Assembly: GCA_964016885.1 (NCBI GenBank)
Contig: OZ024740.1
Location: forward strand, 260,648,001 to 260,712,000
DNA length: 64,000 nt
Source of the DNA: Eledone cirrhosa
Taxonomy: Eukaryota
Direction: 5' to 3'
Shown here one piece after another: positions 50,948 through 61,679 of this stretch. Position 1 is the first letter of the stretch; each line of letters starts with the position of its first letter. The position numbers were made by a program, and so were the translations under genes. Below the pieces are notes generated by a model. The model did not search any database, was not told where the DNA came from, and saw only the letters and a list, made by a program, of their open reading frames with translations.

Positions 50948-51112
50948 CAATCATCATTACTACCACCATCATCACTGCCACCACCTCCATCATCATCATT
51001 ACTACCATCACCATCATCATCAACATCATCATCACTACTACCACCACCACCATCATCCACATCACCACAACAACGACCACCACCGCCATCACCATCACCA
51101 TCATCATCCTCA
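50948..51112. repeat. (CAT/CAC)n trinucleotide repeat
   Basis: Directly visible; explains the poly-His ORF. Confidence 0.9.
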
Positions 51113-51326
51113 TTTTCTTTCAGCCTGTCTACCAATTAGGGAATGATAATCAGCCACACCTGAAGGATTAGTCTCTACTAAGTCTTCTTGCAACCACCAG
51201 AGGGCATTGTTTCAAGTAATGCTACCTTTTTCCTTATGTTTAGGGTGTGTATTGGAGATTAAACGGGGCCTTAGGGTGTATAGCCATCTACGTATGTATG
51301 TATGTGTGTATGTATGTATGTGTGTG

Positions 51327-51389
<63 letters not shown>

Positions 51390-51548
51390 ACACATACACA
51401 CATGTGGCTGGCGTCTTTGAACAAGATAAAGGCGTTTGATTGGTTTGTCACTGGGAGAGGTTTTTAAACTTGGAGTTAATTTTCATATTTTCTGAGATGT
51501 TGTTAAAGAACCAAACCTTTATATTAAAATGAATTAAGAAGCTGAACT

Positions 51549-51797
51549 TTAAAACCCCTTTTAATACCAACCCACATGAAACCGCTCCTGGTTTTACGAC
51601 ATCAAATTGTTTATTTTAAAGCATATCTAAAAACTTTCCACCATAATTTTATGTAAGAATCTTTCACATTATGCCCCAAATACCAGATTCATAACAGGCA
51701 ATGTTAGGAGATCTCTAGAAATTCTTGCTTATTTTTAAGATTACTTGAAAATCATCAGGAATGTCTTTCATTAGCAATATGGTAACACAAGGGTTAA
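51549..51797. mobile_element. TTAA-type MITE, reverse orientation
   Basis: TTAA..CCCCTTTT ... AAGGG-TTAA; reverse-complement similarity to the 8716 copy. Confidence 0.65.
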
Positions 51798-52301
51798 ATT
51801 AAATATCTTGATAAATATCTTTTTGCAACATAAATATGTGTGTTGTGATGTATATGAGGAGCCCAGCAAACCTGAACTGCCCCAGGCTTCTTGAGGTCTA
51901 AATTTTATCCTGCCTTGCAGTTATAGATATACCATATCATGAAGAAAACTGGATACTCATATCTAAAATAGATTTGTCTAATTTCTTACTATTCCATTGC
52001 ATGTAAAATTTTGAGAAGCGAACGATATATTGATATTTGATATTACCTGGCCTTCCCTTTTTAATTTTTGTTTATTTTACATATTTTATTTTATTTCATG
52101 CTTTTTTATTTTTATTTTTATTTTTATTTTTATTTTTATTTTTATTTTTATTTTTATTTTTATTTTTATTTTTATTTTTATATCACTTATCTCTGTATTT
52201 CTTGTTTTTTGTTTCTTAACTGTAAGAAGTACTAGATCTTCCCCTAATCTGTCATGGCTTACTAGCTCTACGCAGATGTTTACATTGATTAAATAAATAA
52301 A

Positions 52302-52510
52302 TACTCGGTGGAAAGAAACACTATTAAAAATTACTGGTAACTTTTGGCCTACTGTGACCATATGGGACAACATCAATGACCTCATATTCATGCAACATGG
52401 GGCTCCTCTTCCTTTTTGCATACACCATCCATGATTGGATTGATGTCCAATTTCCAGGATGTTGACTAGGTCGTCAAGGTCCACATGAATGGCCAGTAAG
52501 AAGCCCTTAC
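52302..52510 (+). mobile_element. Partial mariner-like deletion derivative
   Basis: TIR-like start, then LIFMQHGAP..DWIDVQFPGC*LGRQGPHEWPVRSP (QQDGAP / WPxRSPDL motifs). Confidence 0.75.
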
Positions 52511-52631
52511 TAAATGTCATTAAGAAAGAGGGTGAATGATCACAGTTGAAGAGCAAGATATGGAAGGATAAATAATAAAAGAGAGAAGAAAAGGAGTTGT
52601 GCACAAATTTCACAAAGATTGTGTGTATGTA

Positions 52632-53101
52632 CAGGGTATATGGAAAGAAATTTCCTATTTAAAATTGTTAATAACTTTATTAATTATTGGTTGATTTTCC
52701 TAAAACATGTTTTATTTTGAACAGTTTAATGATAGAAGTACAGTACAATGTCAAAACTCTACATAGACACCAACATTGTCCACCAGGGATTGTAATGCTC
52801 TGAATATATTCTTGATTGACTTCAGCAGGAACTTAGGTGATATGTTGATCAGTACATGATGAATGTGTTCCTCCAATTGAGTCAGAGTTTGAGGTTCTGA
52901 GCTATAGACTTCTTCCATCACCACACAAAAATTCACAGTGTTAAGTCAGGGTTTCTTGCTAGCCATTTATGGAAATTGGATATTAAGCCACTCAAGGGCG
53001 GTGTGTGTAAAATGCATGAATATGTGGCCATTGACATGTGGTCACAGTAAGCCAAAAGTTATAAGAAATTTTCAATAGGGAGTTTCTTTCCACTCACCTT
53101 G
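52632..53101 (-). mobile_element. Non-autonomous mariner-like element with TIRs and TA target duplication
   Basis: TA-CAGGGTATATGGAAAGAAA ... TTTCTTTCCACTCACCTTG-TA; WLARNPDLT and VYSSEPQTLTQLEEHI (transposase C-terminus). Confidence 0.85.
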
Positions 53102-53279
53102 TAATGTGTCTGAGATATCCTTCCATACTTACATAGTAAAAATAAAATCACTATTTAAAAAGTATATAAAATATACTATTTGATAAGAAAGTTAATACTT
53201 TTATTTAATATTTAAAATACTTTTTTTTAAAGTCAATAACATACAGAGAAATTACATATTTTATTTATATCGAATAATT

Positions 53280-53548
53280 TCAATATTAATATCGATATAT
53301 TTCAGTATTTGTATTGATATATTTCAGTATTAATATCGTTATATTTCAGTATTAATATCGATATATTTCAGTATTAGTATTGATATATTTCAGTATTAAT
53401 ATCGATATATTTCAGTATTAATATCGATATATTTCAATATTAGTATTGATATATTTCAGTATTAGTATTGATATATTTCAATATTAATATCGATATATTT
53501 CAATATTAATATCAATATTTTTCAGTATTAGTATTGATATATTTCAAT
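53280..53548. repeat. 22-bp AT-rich minisatellite, about 12 units
   Basis: Unit AGTATTAATATCGATATATTTC. Confidence 0.92.
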
Positions 53549-54878
53549 GAAATCTTGATTTTGTCAATCCAAAATATCTAAAGCCTGTCTCAAGCCCACA
53601 AGCTGAACAGACTGGTGCTTTCTGAGGTTTTAAGCAAATGAGAGTACAAGACATCCCCCTGGACAGGATGGCAGTCCATAGCAGGGTTAAATCTCCAGCT
53701 ATTGCCCATACACACCTTTAGCTGAGTATACTGGAGCAACAGGAAATGAATTGTTTTGTTCAAGAATAAGAGACACAACCCAGTCCAGAAATCGAACCCA
53801 TGGTCATGTATCTCCACAATCCAAAATATAACCAAACATCATTTATTCTTTTACTGGTTTCAAATGTTCTGAGTTCAAATTCCATCATGGTCAACTTTGC
53901 CTTTCATCCTTCAGGGGGAGGGGGTCAATGAAATAAAGTACCAGTCAAGTACTGGGGTCAATTCATCCTTTATGAGGTAATAGATTGGCAGTACTGGTAG
54001 TGTTGGACAAAATAAATGCTTTGTGACATTTATTTTTGAATTCAAATCCCGCCAAGGTTTGCCTTTCGTTGTTCTGAGGTCAATGAAATAAAGTACCTTC
54101 TACTTGTGTTAGAAATTACTTTTAAGATGGTGTTTGGAAGAAAGCAAGGAGGTTTCAGTATAAAATTATAATGGAAGATTTTAATCAGGGGTAGTAAGAA
54201 ACACTTGGGAGAACTGGACAGCAGGTATTAAGAGAAGAAGCATCCCCCTCCTTCATGAAAGATTTTCAGCCCTTAATTTCTTACGCTCTAAGAGGGCTGA
54301 GCCACATCAAGATCATGACTCCTGGGTACCCTTCTTCTGGGACTTTTTAAACACTTGGATATCAGAGTCTTATTGTGCAATTAAACCATGTAAAAAAAAG
54401 TGTATCACAGTGTGTCCTGCAAATAATTTATGATCCTGCTGAACAAAATGGTGAATGTGATATTTCTCTCAAACGATGGCAAAGGGTGTGTGCTGAAAGT
54501 GTCAGTCCACATTATGAGGCTCATTCTTACAGATAGCCCTTCCATTCCAATTGGAGTAGGGAAGCAGTTTGGAGGTAGTAGAGCACTAGATGTTTTCACT
54601 GCTATAACTTCAACAACAAAAATCTATCAGAGTGTAGCCATTACTTTGTCATCCTTTACCTATCAAGCAGCAGGGCCTAATTTGGGACTTGACCAGCAGC
54701 TGATCACATCTCAAATTAGGGGCTGACTATCGAAGAATGGGAAAATTGTGATGCAGTTTAGCCTTTTCCCAATCCGTTGGTCTAATGAACACTTTAAAAC
54801 AAGAATTTTAATATTTTGAATCATAGAACTAGGGGTCAGACACAGGTGAATTGGTATCAAAAAGGTTAAGCCACTTAT

Positions 54879-55112
54879 TTAACCCTTCCGTTACCATATT
54901 TCTGATGAAAGACAATGCTTATTATTTTTAATTAATTTTGAAAGTAATCAAGATGGATTTAGTAATATAAATAACTTTCTCATTATCAAGATGGTGTTTG
55001 GAACTTAACTTAAAAAAGGTTCTTACACAAAAATTATGATGAAAGGTTTTTAGATGAATATGATCATTTTAAAAAACAGGGCACACCTAGGTGGTTTGAT
55101 ATCAAAAGGGTT
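54879..55112. mobile_element. TTAA-type MITE
   Basis: TTAA-CCCTT ... AAAAGGG; further decayed copies near 58500-58760 and 60820-61110. Confidence 0.65.
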
Positions 55113-55819
55113 CCTAGGTGATAAGGATTTTGAATAACAATGCAGAACATTCTGGATTTCAAACGACTTAAGGTCAATGAGTTTCTTTAGTTATTTTAAA
55201 TACTGTGAAAATTTGACAGTTTTAAATTAACAACCGAAATAAAAAGAGAATTTTGTCTGTCTGTCTGTCTGTCTGTCTGTCACTTTGCATCATCCCTCTC
55301 TCTCCATTATTCATAAGCTTATTTCATTCCTGCAGGTGTTTTCTCCTACATTTTCACACGGTCCCCTCTCTTTCTCTCTCCCTCTCTCTCACTCTCCTTC
55401 GAAGTGTGTCGTACAGATTCCCTTTACAAACACATTCCTCAACCAGTTCAACATTTACAGGGTCACATGTATTCCACCTTCTTTTTCTTCTTCTTCCGCA
55501 TTTGTCTCCCCCACCCACTCCATTTTCTCTCACTATTGTGTCGTTAAACACGAACTAATTTAATCCTGACATCAACGCCACTTCAATCGGCCAGCCGGTC
55601 GGGACATTTCTTTTTTTTTTCCTTAGCCTGAGATCTTTTTCGCATTTAATGCACCCACCAAGCACAAGTGAAGTGCAGCAGTACTGTCAAACAAGTTGGA
55701 ACTTCTTCATAACAGCCACAATATCAACAACACAACTATAGCTATATAAATATATATAAATTGCAAGGACTTTTTTTTTTACAAGACTCTGACATTATAT
55801 CATCAAAATTGGATGATAT

Positions 55820-56472
55820 ATTAGTATCAGCTGATCACTGCCAGTGAACTGAGCTAACCCCTTATTTTTCAAGCACCCTTCAGAGTATTCAAGTTATTCA
55901 AGCTGTGCTGTTTTCTGCAAGTACTACACCCATATTGCAAACTTTAAAAGCGACAAGATATTTTGAATATTTTAGTCTGAATACACCTCTCTATCTGTCT
56001 GCAGCAACGCACCAGCCTGCTGCACCCTATATGCAAATATCTGCTCATCACATGATCTCTGACTCAAAAAAGTGGCAATTTTATAACCAAAGCACCTCGA
56101 ACACAATTTAAATATACTCCAACACGTTTTATTTATTTGTATATCTCTGTCTGTGTCTGTCTGTATGTATGTGAGGGTATATGTTTGGTTATGAATACAT
56201 TTTATTACTCAATTTGAACCTGTCCCTCCCACCATCACCACCACCACCACCACCTCATCATAGGATTAACACCTTTGCTTGCCAACTTTAAACACACCCA
56301 ACGTTGCTACCTAAGGTTTCTACCCATATCCTCGAACTATCACTCACCACTATTCCTTACATACCTATCTTTTCGCACTTGGAAACCTGAAACATAAATC
56401 CATGTTTGGCTGTCTGCATTTGTCATGGGATCGATTCCTACCCTCAGGTTTGTTTTGTTTTGTTTTGTAGCA

Positions 56473-56513
<41 letters not shown>

Positions 56514-57837
56514 GTTGTTGTTGTTGTTGTCGTCATCATTGCTCTGTCAAGTCGCATCAAGGACCTCAGACAGATAATACTTTCCTCAAAATGTGCGCAT
56601 TACCTATCAAAGTCACCTTTTGTATGACACCCAACATGTATGGTATTCCCAGCTGCTTGAAGTTTCAATGGGTTTGACTCTAATGCTCTGATCACAACTT
56701 TCACATTACCCCCCTGCATTCCAAATACTCTTGCCAGCTTCGTTATTATTATCATTGTTATTATTATGTTTTCTTCAATCAGCTTTAATGCTGGAGATGT
56801 ATTACAGTGTCAGCTGTTCATTGGCAGTGAACTGAGCTAACTCAACTTATTTCTCAAGCACCCTCTGGAGTATTCCAGCTGTTCCAATCAGTGATATATT
56901 TTGGCATGTGCTCCACCTATATTGCAACCCCTATTTGTTCAATGTACTTCTCAAAACCTTAACTTACTGTTCCCAAGGATCCAACTATTATCCACTACCA
57001 AGTTTTTCATTAACCACAACTGCTTAAACTCCCAAGCTAACCTGCCGTATCCATTGACTTTTTCCCCTTCTTTATTGCATAACTTGTCAGCTGGACATCA
57101 TCATCATCATCATCATTTTACGTCCGCTTTTCCCTGCTTGCAAGGGTGGGACGGGAACTGATTCTGGCTTGATTTCTACAGCTGGATGCCCTTCCTAACA
57201 CCAACCTCATTTACAGTGAGTGCTGGGTGCTTTTTTGCCGTGGCACCTCCACGACCACTTTGCAGTGGAATGATATGGACCCCAGTCCTTATCATCTCAT
57301 TTCTACAGCTGAGTAAACTGGAGCAATGTGAAATAAAGTGTCTTGCTCAAGGAAACAACACATCACCCGGTCTGAGAATTGAACTCACAACATTTCGATT
57401 GCAAGGCCAATGCTCTAACCACTAAGCTATGTGCCTCCATACAGCTGGACATGCTATATATATCATCCAACACTGTTTGCTTTCTTTCAAAATTATCACA
57501 ATATCTGGTGTCCTGTACTCCATCTCATGCTTTATCATTTTTGATAACATAACATCCTCAGGTTCATTATCATTATCATTATTATTATTATAATTCGTAA
57601 CGCTTTTGCTCTGGCAGATGTTATACCAACACTATACCAAAAGAGCAAGCCATAGTCAATGGTCAAAGTTCCTTTGGGTAATTCCTTCTTCAACTTTTTA
57701 ACACCTTCCTTGGAATCCTTGTTCTTAGCAAGGCTGTCCTGATGGTAATTCCTAGCTTCTCAAGCCATGCATCTAACCTTTTACTAATTGCTCTCAGTGT
57801 GCCAACCACAATTGGTTCTACTTCTACGTGTCTGATT

Positions 57838-57840
<3 letters not shown>
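55820..57840 (-). mobile_element. Cluster of four R4/Dong-like retrotransposon 3' ends (55820-55950, 56530-56745, 56755-57545, 57590-57840)
   Basis: Minus-strand motifs RTPDIVII..IACPAD..KEGEK..Y (PD-(D/E)xK), PIVVGTL, LIGNAHILRKVL; the last three are bounded by (ATT)n. Confidence 0.8.
57099..57440 (-). mobile_element. SINE family 1, full length, inserted in a Dong-like element
   Basis: 11-bp target duplication CAGCTGGACAT (57088-57098, 57442-57452). Confidence 0.93.
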
Positions 57841-57876
<36 letters not shown>

Positions 57877-58904
57877 GTTGTTGTTGTTATAATTATCATA
57901 GCAAAAGCATGTGGTTTAGTGATTATAGTGCAGAGCATACAATCATAAAGTTGTAAATTCAACTCCCAGTCTGGGTGGCATTTTATTCATTCAACTGGTC
58001 AAAATATGTTGTGTCAACACTATTGCCAAGCCTCGTTGGCCTTTATCTTTCCCTTGGACAACATCACAGATAGTGTATATAGTATATATATGAGTTGTGA
58101 TGTCAAGCTGTATCAGCCTTTCCCTTTCACAACCCCAGTTCTTTGTTTCTGGTTTGCACTTATTTTATCAACCTCTGTTGAATTTCTAAGTTATGGGACA
58201 TACAAGAACACAACATAGACTGGTCAGGCCTGATTGAACAAGCCTTTGATGAAAGATGTTCGAACCATGAACATCCCACCTTTTCTTGTATATTTATGCA
58301 TCCATGGAATGACCAAATGAGGTTTATTTTTCAACATAATCCCTGAAAAGAAACAATGCAGTTATTAATAAGAGTTGAAATTAATACATGCAAGATTTCA
58401 CTCCTTCATAGTCGGCCTATGAACTTTTCAGCTAACCCTTGTATTTATCTAAAAACATTCTGTCAATTTTATTTAAACAAAAATCTAAGTTATGCTCCAA
58501 ACACTAACTTAATGAGAAAGTTAGTTACTCATGCCCATTCACACAGTTTCTCTCTCCCTCACACACACACACACACTCTTTCTCTTTCTCTCATATACAC
58601 ATCTCTCTACACACACACTGTGATCTAGTAATATAATTAACTTTCTTTCGAGATGCTTGGAACATGATTTAACAAAGGTTTTTGCATAAAAATGTGACGG
58701 AAGGTTTAAATTTAAGAACTTTAAAACAAACAGTTTTTCATTATAGAACTGGAGGTAGTTTCAGTATATAGGTGTAGGCAGGGCTATGTGGTTAAGGATT
58801 TCACTTTACAACCATGTGGTTTTGGTTTCATTCCCACTGTCATACCTTAGGCAAGTGTCTTCTTGTATAACCTCAGGTTCCCCAATGCCTTGTGTGTGCA
58901 GGCC

Positions 58905-59160
58905 TTTCCCTGAGAAGGCTCAACACCTATTACATTTGGAGGTCTGTCTCTCCCACTAAAAAGGATCAGTATCTGTTATGTCTGGGGGTCTTTTCCTGGG
59001 AAGCCTCAATACCCATTATATTTGGAGGTTTCTTTCTCTGAGAAGGCTCAATACCTGTTTTGTTTCGAGGTCTCTCCTTGAGAAGGGTCAGTACCTGTTA
59101 TATTTGGAGGTCTCTCCCTGGGATGGCTCCATGTTCTACATTATGTTTGGAGATCTGCAA
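58905..59160. repeat. Degenerate ~40-45 bp tandem repeat
   Basis: Recurrent CCTGAGAAGGCTCAATACC..TATATTTGGAGGTCTCT. Confidence 0.7.
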
Positions 59161-59364
59161 TATAAAAACTAATAAAAGGGAGATAAGGAGAGATAGAAGA
59201 AAAATTGAACCCCAGTACTGGACTGGTACTTTATTTATTGACCTCAAAATGATGAAAGGCAAAATTGACCTTCATGGGATTTAAACAGTAAATAGGAACA
59301 AATACCTTAATGACTGCTGATTTGCCAACAAGAAAACACCAAAAACAAAATTTGTTAAACTATC

Positions 59365-59875
59365 GTACCGGTGGCATGAGAAAAAAAGCTCCCAATTCAC
59401 TCTGTTAGGTGGTCAAGTTGGTGACACGACAAAAAAGCATCCAGTCTACTCTGTTAGAGGTCGTGCTGGTATTAGGACAAAAAAAAAAAAATATCCAGTC
59501 CAACCTTGTAAGGTGGTTATGTTGGTGACATGACAAAAAAGCACCCAGTCCACCCTGTAAGTGGTTGTGCTGGTACCAGGGCAAAAAAAGCACCTAATCC
59601 ACCCAGTAGGTGGCTTCTGGTACCATGACAAAAAAAAATCACCTAGTCTTACATGTAAGGTGGTTGTGCTGGTGACATGACAAAAAACAGCCAGTCCATA
59701 CTGTAACATGGTTAGTGTTAGGACGGGCATCCAGCTGTAGAAACCAAGCCCAAAACAGATCCATATGAGCAAGATCTGGTGACATGACCTGTCTTGTCTC
59801 ATAATGTGACAGCCTGTTTAACCCATGCAAACATGGAAGATCAACATTAAACGATGGTTATGATGATGATGATGT
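59365..59875 (+). mobile_element. SINE 3' portion with the internal unit expanded about 7 times
   Basis: Repeated GTGGTTGTGCTGGTGACATGACAAAAAAAGCACCCAGTCCAC, then GGGCATCCAGCTGTAGAAACCAAGCC and (GAT)n tail. Confidence 0.75.
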
Positions 59876-61423
59876 CTCTCCAAATGAAAAACTGGAGAAA
59901 ATTTTATATACTTGAATGCATGAGTTATGTATAAATGGACTTGTTACCCCACATGGTTATTTAGCATGGAAAATAGATGTTAGACAACGATGATGATGAT
60001 GATGAAAATTAACACACAACTGTACATGAAGGTGCATAGAACTATTCATTATGTGCATAGCTTTTGTAGTTAGGGTGTTAAACTTATGGTCACAAGATTG
60101 TGGGTTCAATTCCTTGTCTGAGCGCATATTTTATAGCCATTTTCTATGTGGGTCATGGGTTGGATCGGTTGTCACATGCTAAATGGCTATAAAATGATGA
60201 TGATGATGATGATGATGATAATATACATGCCTGCTATATGTGCAAAACAAATATAGGTTTTCTATCGCCTACTAACATTGATAGTGTCAGTGAACCAGTA
60301 ATGAAAAGTGACTCATGGAACTATTGTGTAGATAACATGATTGCATTTCTAATAAAGTTTATTAAAATCAATTTGTATATGTTTATTTTCATTTTAACCT
60401 ACTTTCATAAATTAGATACCTTTCACATGTGAAATAAAAATAAATATATTTACAGTTAACTTCTATATACATGGTTTAGCTGGCTTCATAGGAAGTTTCT
60501 TAGGGGTGCAAAACAAATCATCATCATCAACATCATCACATTTGTGTCCATTTTTTTCCATGTTTGCATGGGTTAGGCTTCTGACATTGGTGCCAATGAA
60601 ACACTTCTGTGTTTATCTAGACAGAAATTTGAACTATAAAAAAACACAATCGATCGATGTATGATATCAACATGGCTTAACCCTCTTGATTCTGACTCAA
60701 CCAGTGTTTATCTACTCTTAAGTCTCAAACAATAGTTTCCCTCCAACCCACTTATTTATTTTTTCAGATTTTTACCACCACCACCCCCACGTGCTCTTAT
60801 TAAAAAAAACATCTATTACATCCCTTTTGATACCAATTTACCCCAAATCATCTCTGGTTACATGAATCAAAACCACCCAATTTAAAGGATGTCTATTTAA
60901 ATTAGAATCTTCCAACATAATTTGATATAAGACCCTTTTATTAAATTATATTATAAATATTATCTTAATAATGGAATAATTATTTATAAGGACCACGTTA
61001 AGTCACTTTCTTAGCAAAGAAATATTTAATAATTTTAGTAAATTCATCAAAATTCTTTATTAATTAAAGTAGAGTGTATTTCATTAGAAATATGATCATA
61101 AAAGAGTTTAAATGTTGTTTCCTTTTACTTCCTGAAAATTTAAAATACTTTGTTTCAAATCATTACGTTTCTCACTAAAAATATTTTTAATAAAATATAC
61201 ATTCTATTATTATATACTAAATGTCTGATACTTAAAACAAAAATCTCAAAACTATTAAACAAAAAAAATTATGTTTTTTTAACATGATAAAGTGAGATTT
61301 GAGGGAAAATTGTCTGCTATTTCTAGCAGCTGAAGTGGGTGTTCCTTATTGTCTTGTTGGTCTCAATGATTAGCCTCAGTGATTGGTTGGTCTTAATAAA
61401 TGACATCTTGTTTTTCAGTGAGG

Positions 61424-61498
61424 ATGGGAGGAAAAGCCAGCAAAGCCAAGCGGAAAGACAGTGCCAAGGAAAATGAAGGGGAGGCAGTGGAGGACAAG
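61424..61498 (+). CDS. Probable coding exon (61419-61498) of an unidentified host gene with an N-myristoylation/polybasic N-terminus: MGGKASKAKRKDSAKENEGEAVEDK
   Basis: Acceptor tcttgtttttcag, Kozak aggATGG, phase-0 donor AAG/gtaggt, purine-rich non-repetitive sequence, MGxxxS consensus followed by K/R; the gene continues beyond the window. Confidence 0.7.
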
Positions 61499-61679
61499 GT
61501 AGGTCTTTTATATGATATACACACATTATACATACATTAGCTAAGTAGATGGTTCCTGTGTATACACACTATATATACACATCAGGTTAAGATATGTATA
61601 TATACACATTAAGGTAGTAGCTTTTATGAATACACACATCATATACACACATCAAAGTAGAACCTGTAGACATATACAT

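Noticed and set aside
50898-51146. His-rich protein
   Set aside because: (CAT/CAC)n microsatellite with no splice context
54400-54780. Coding exon or Tc1 transposase remnant (ORF 54430-54726; TIEEW-like motif)
   Set aside because: No convincing splice sites, TIRs or recognisable domain; too decayed to call
60750-60800. Exon after the acceptor-like tttattttttttcag
   Set aside because: No matching donor and low-complexity downstream sequence
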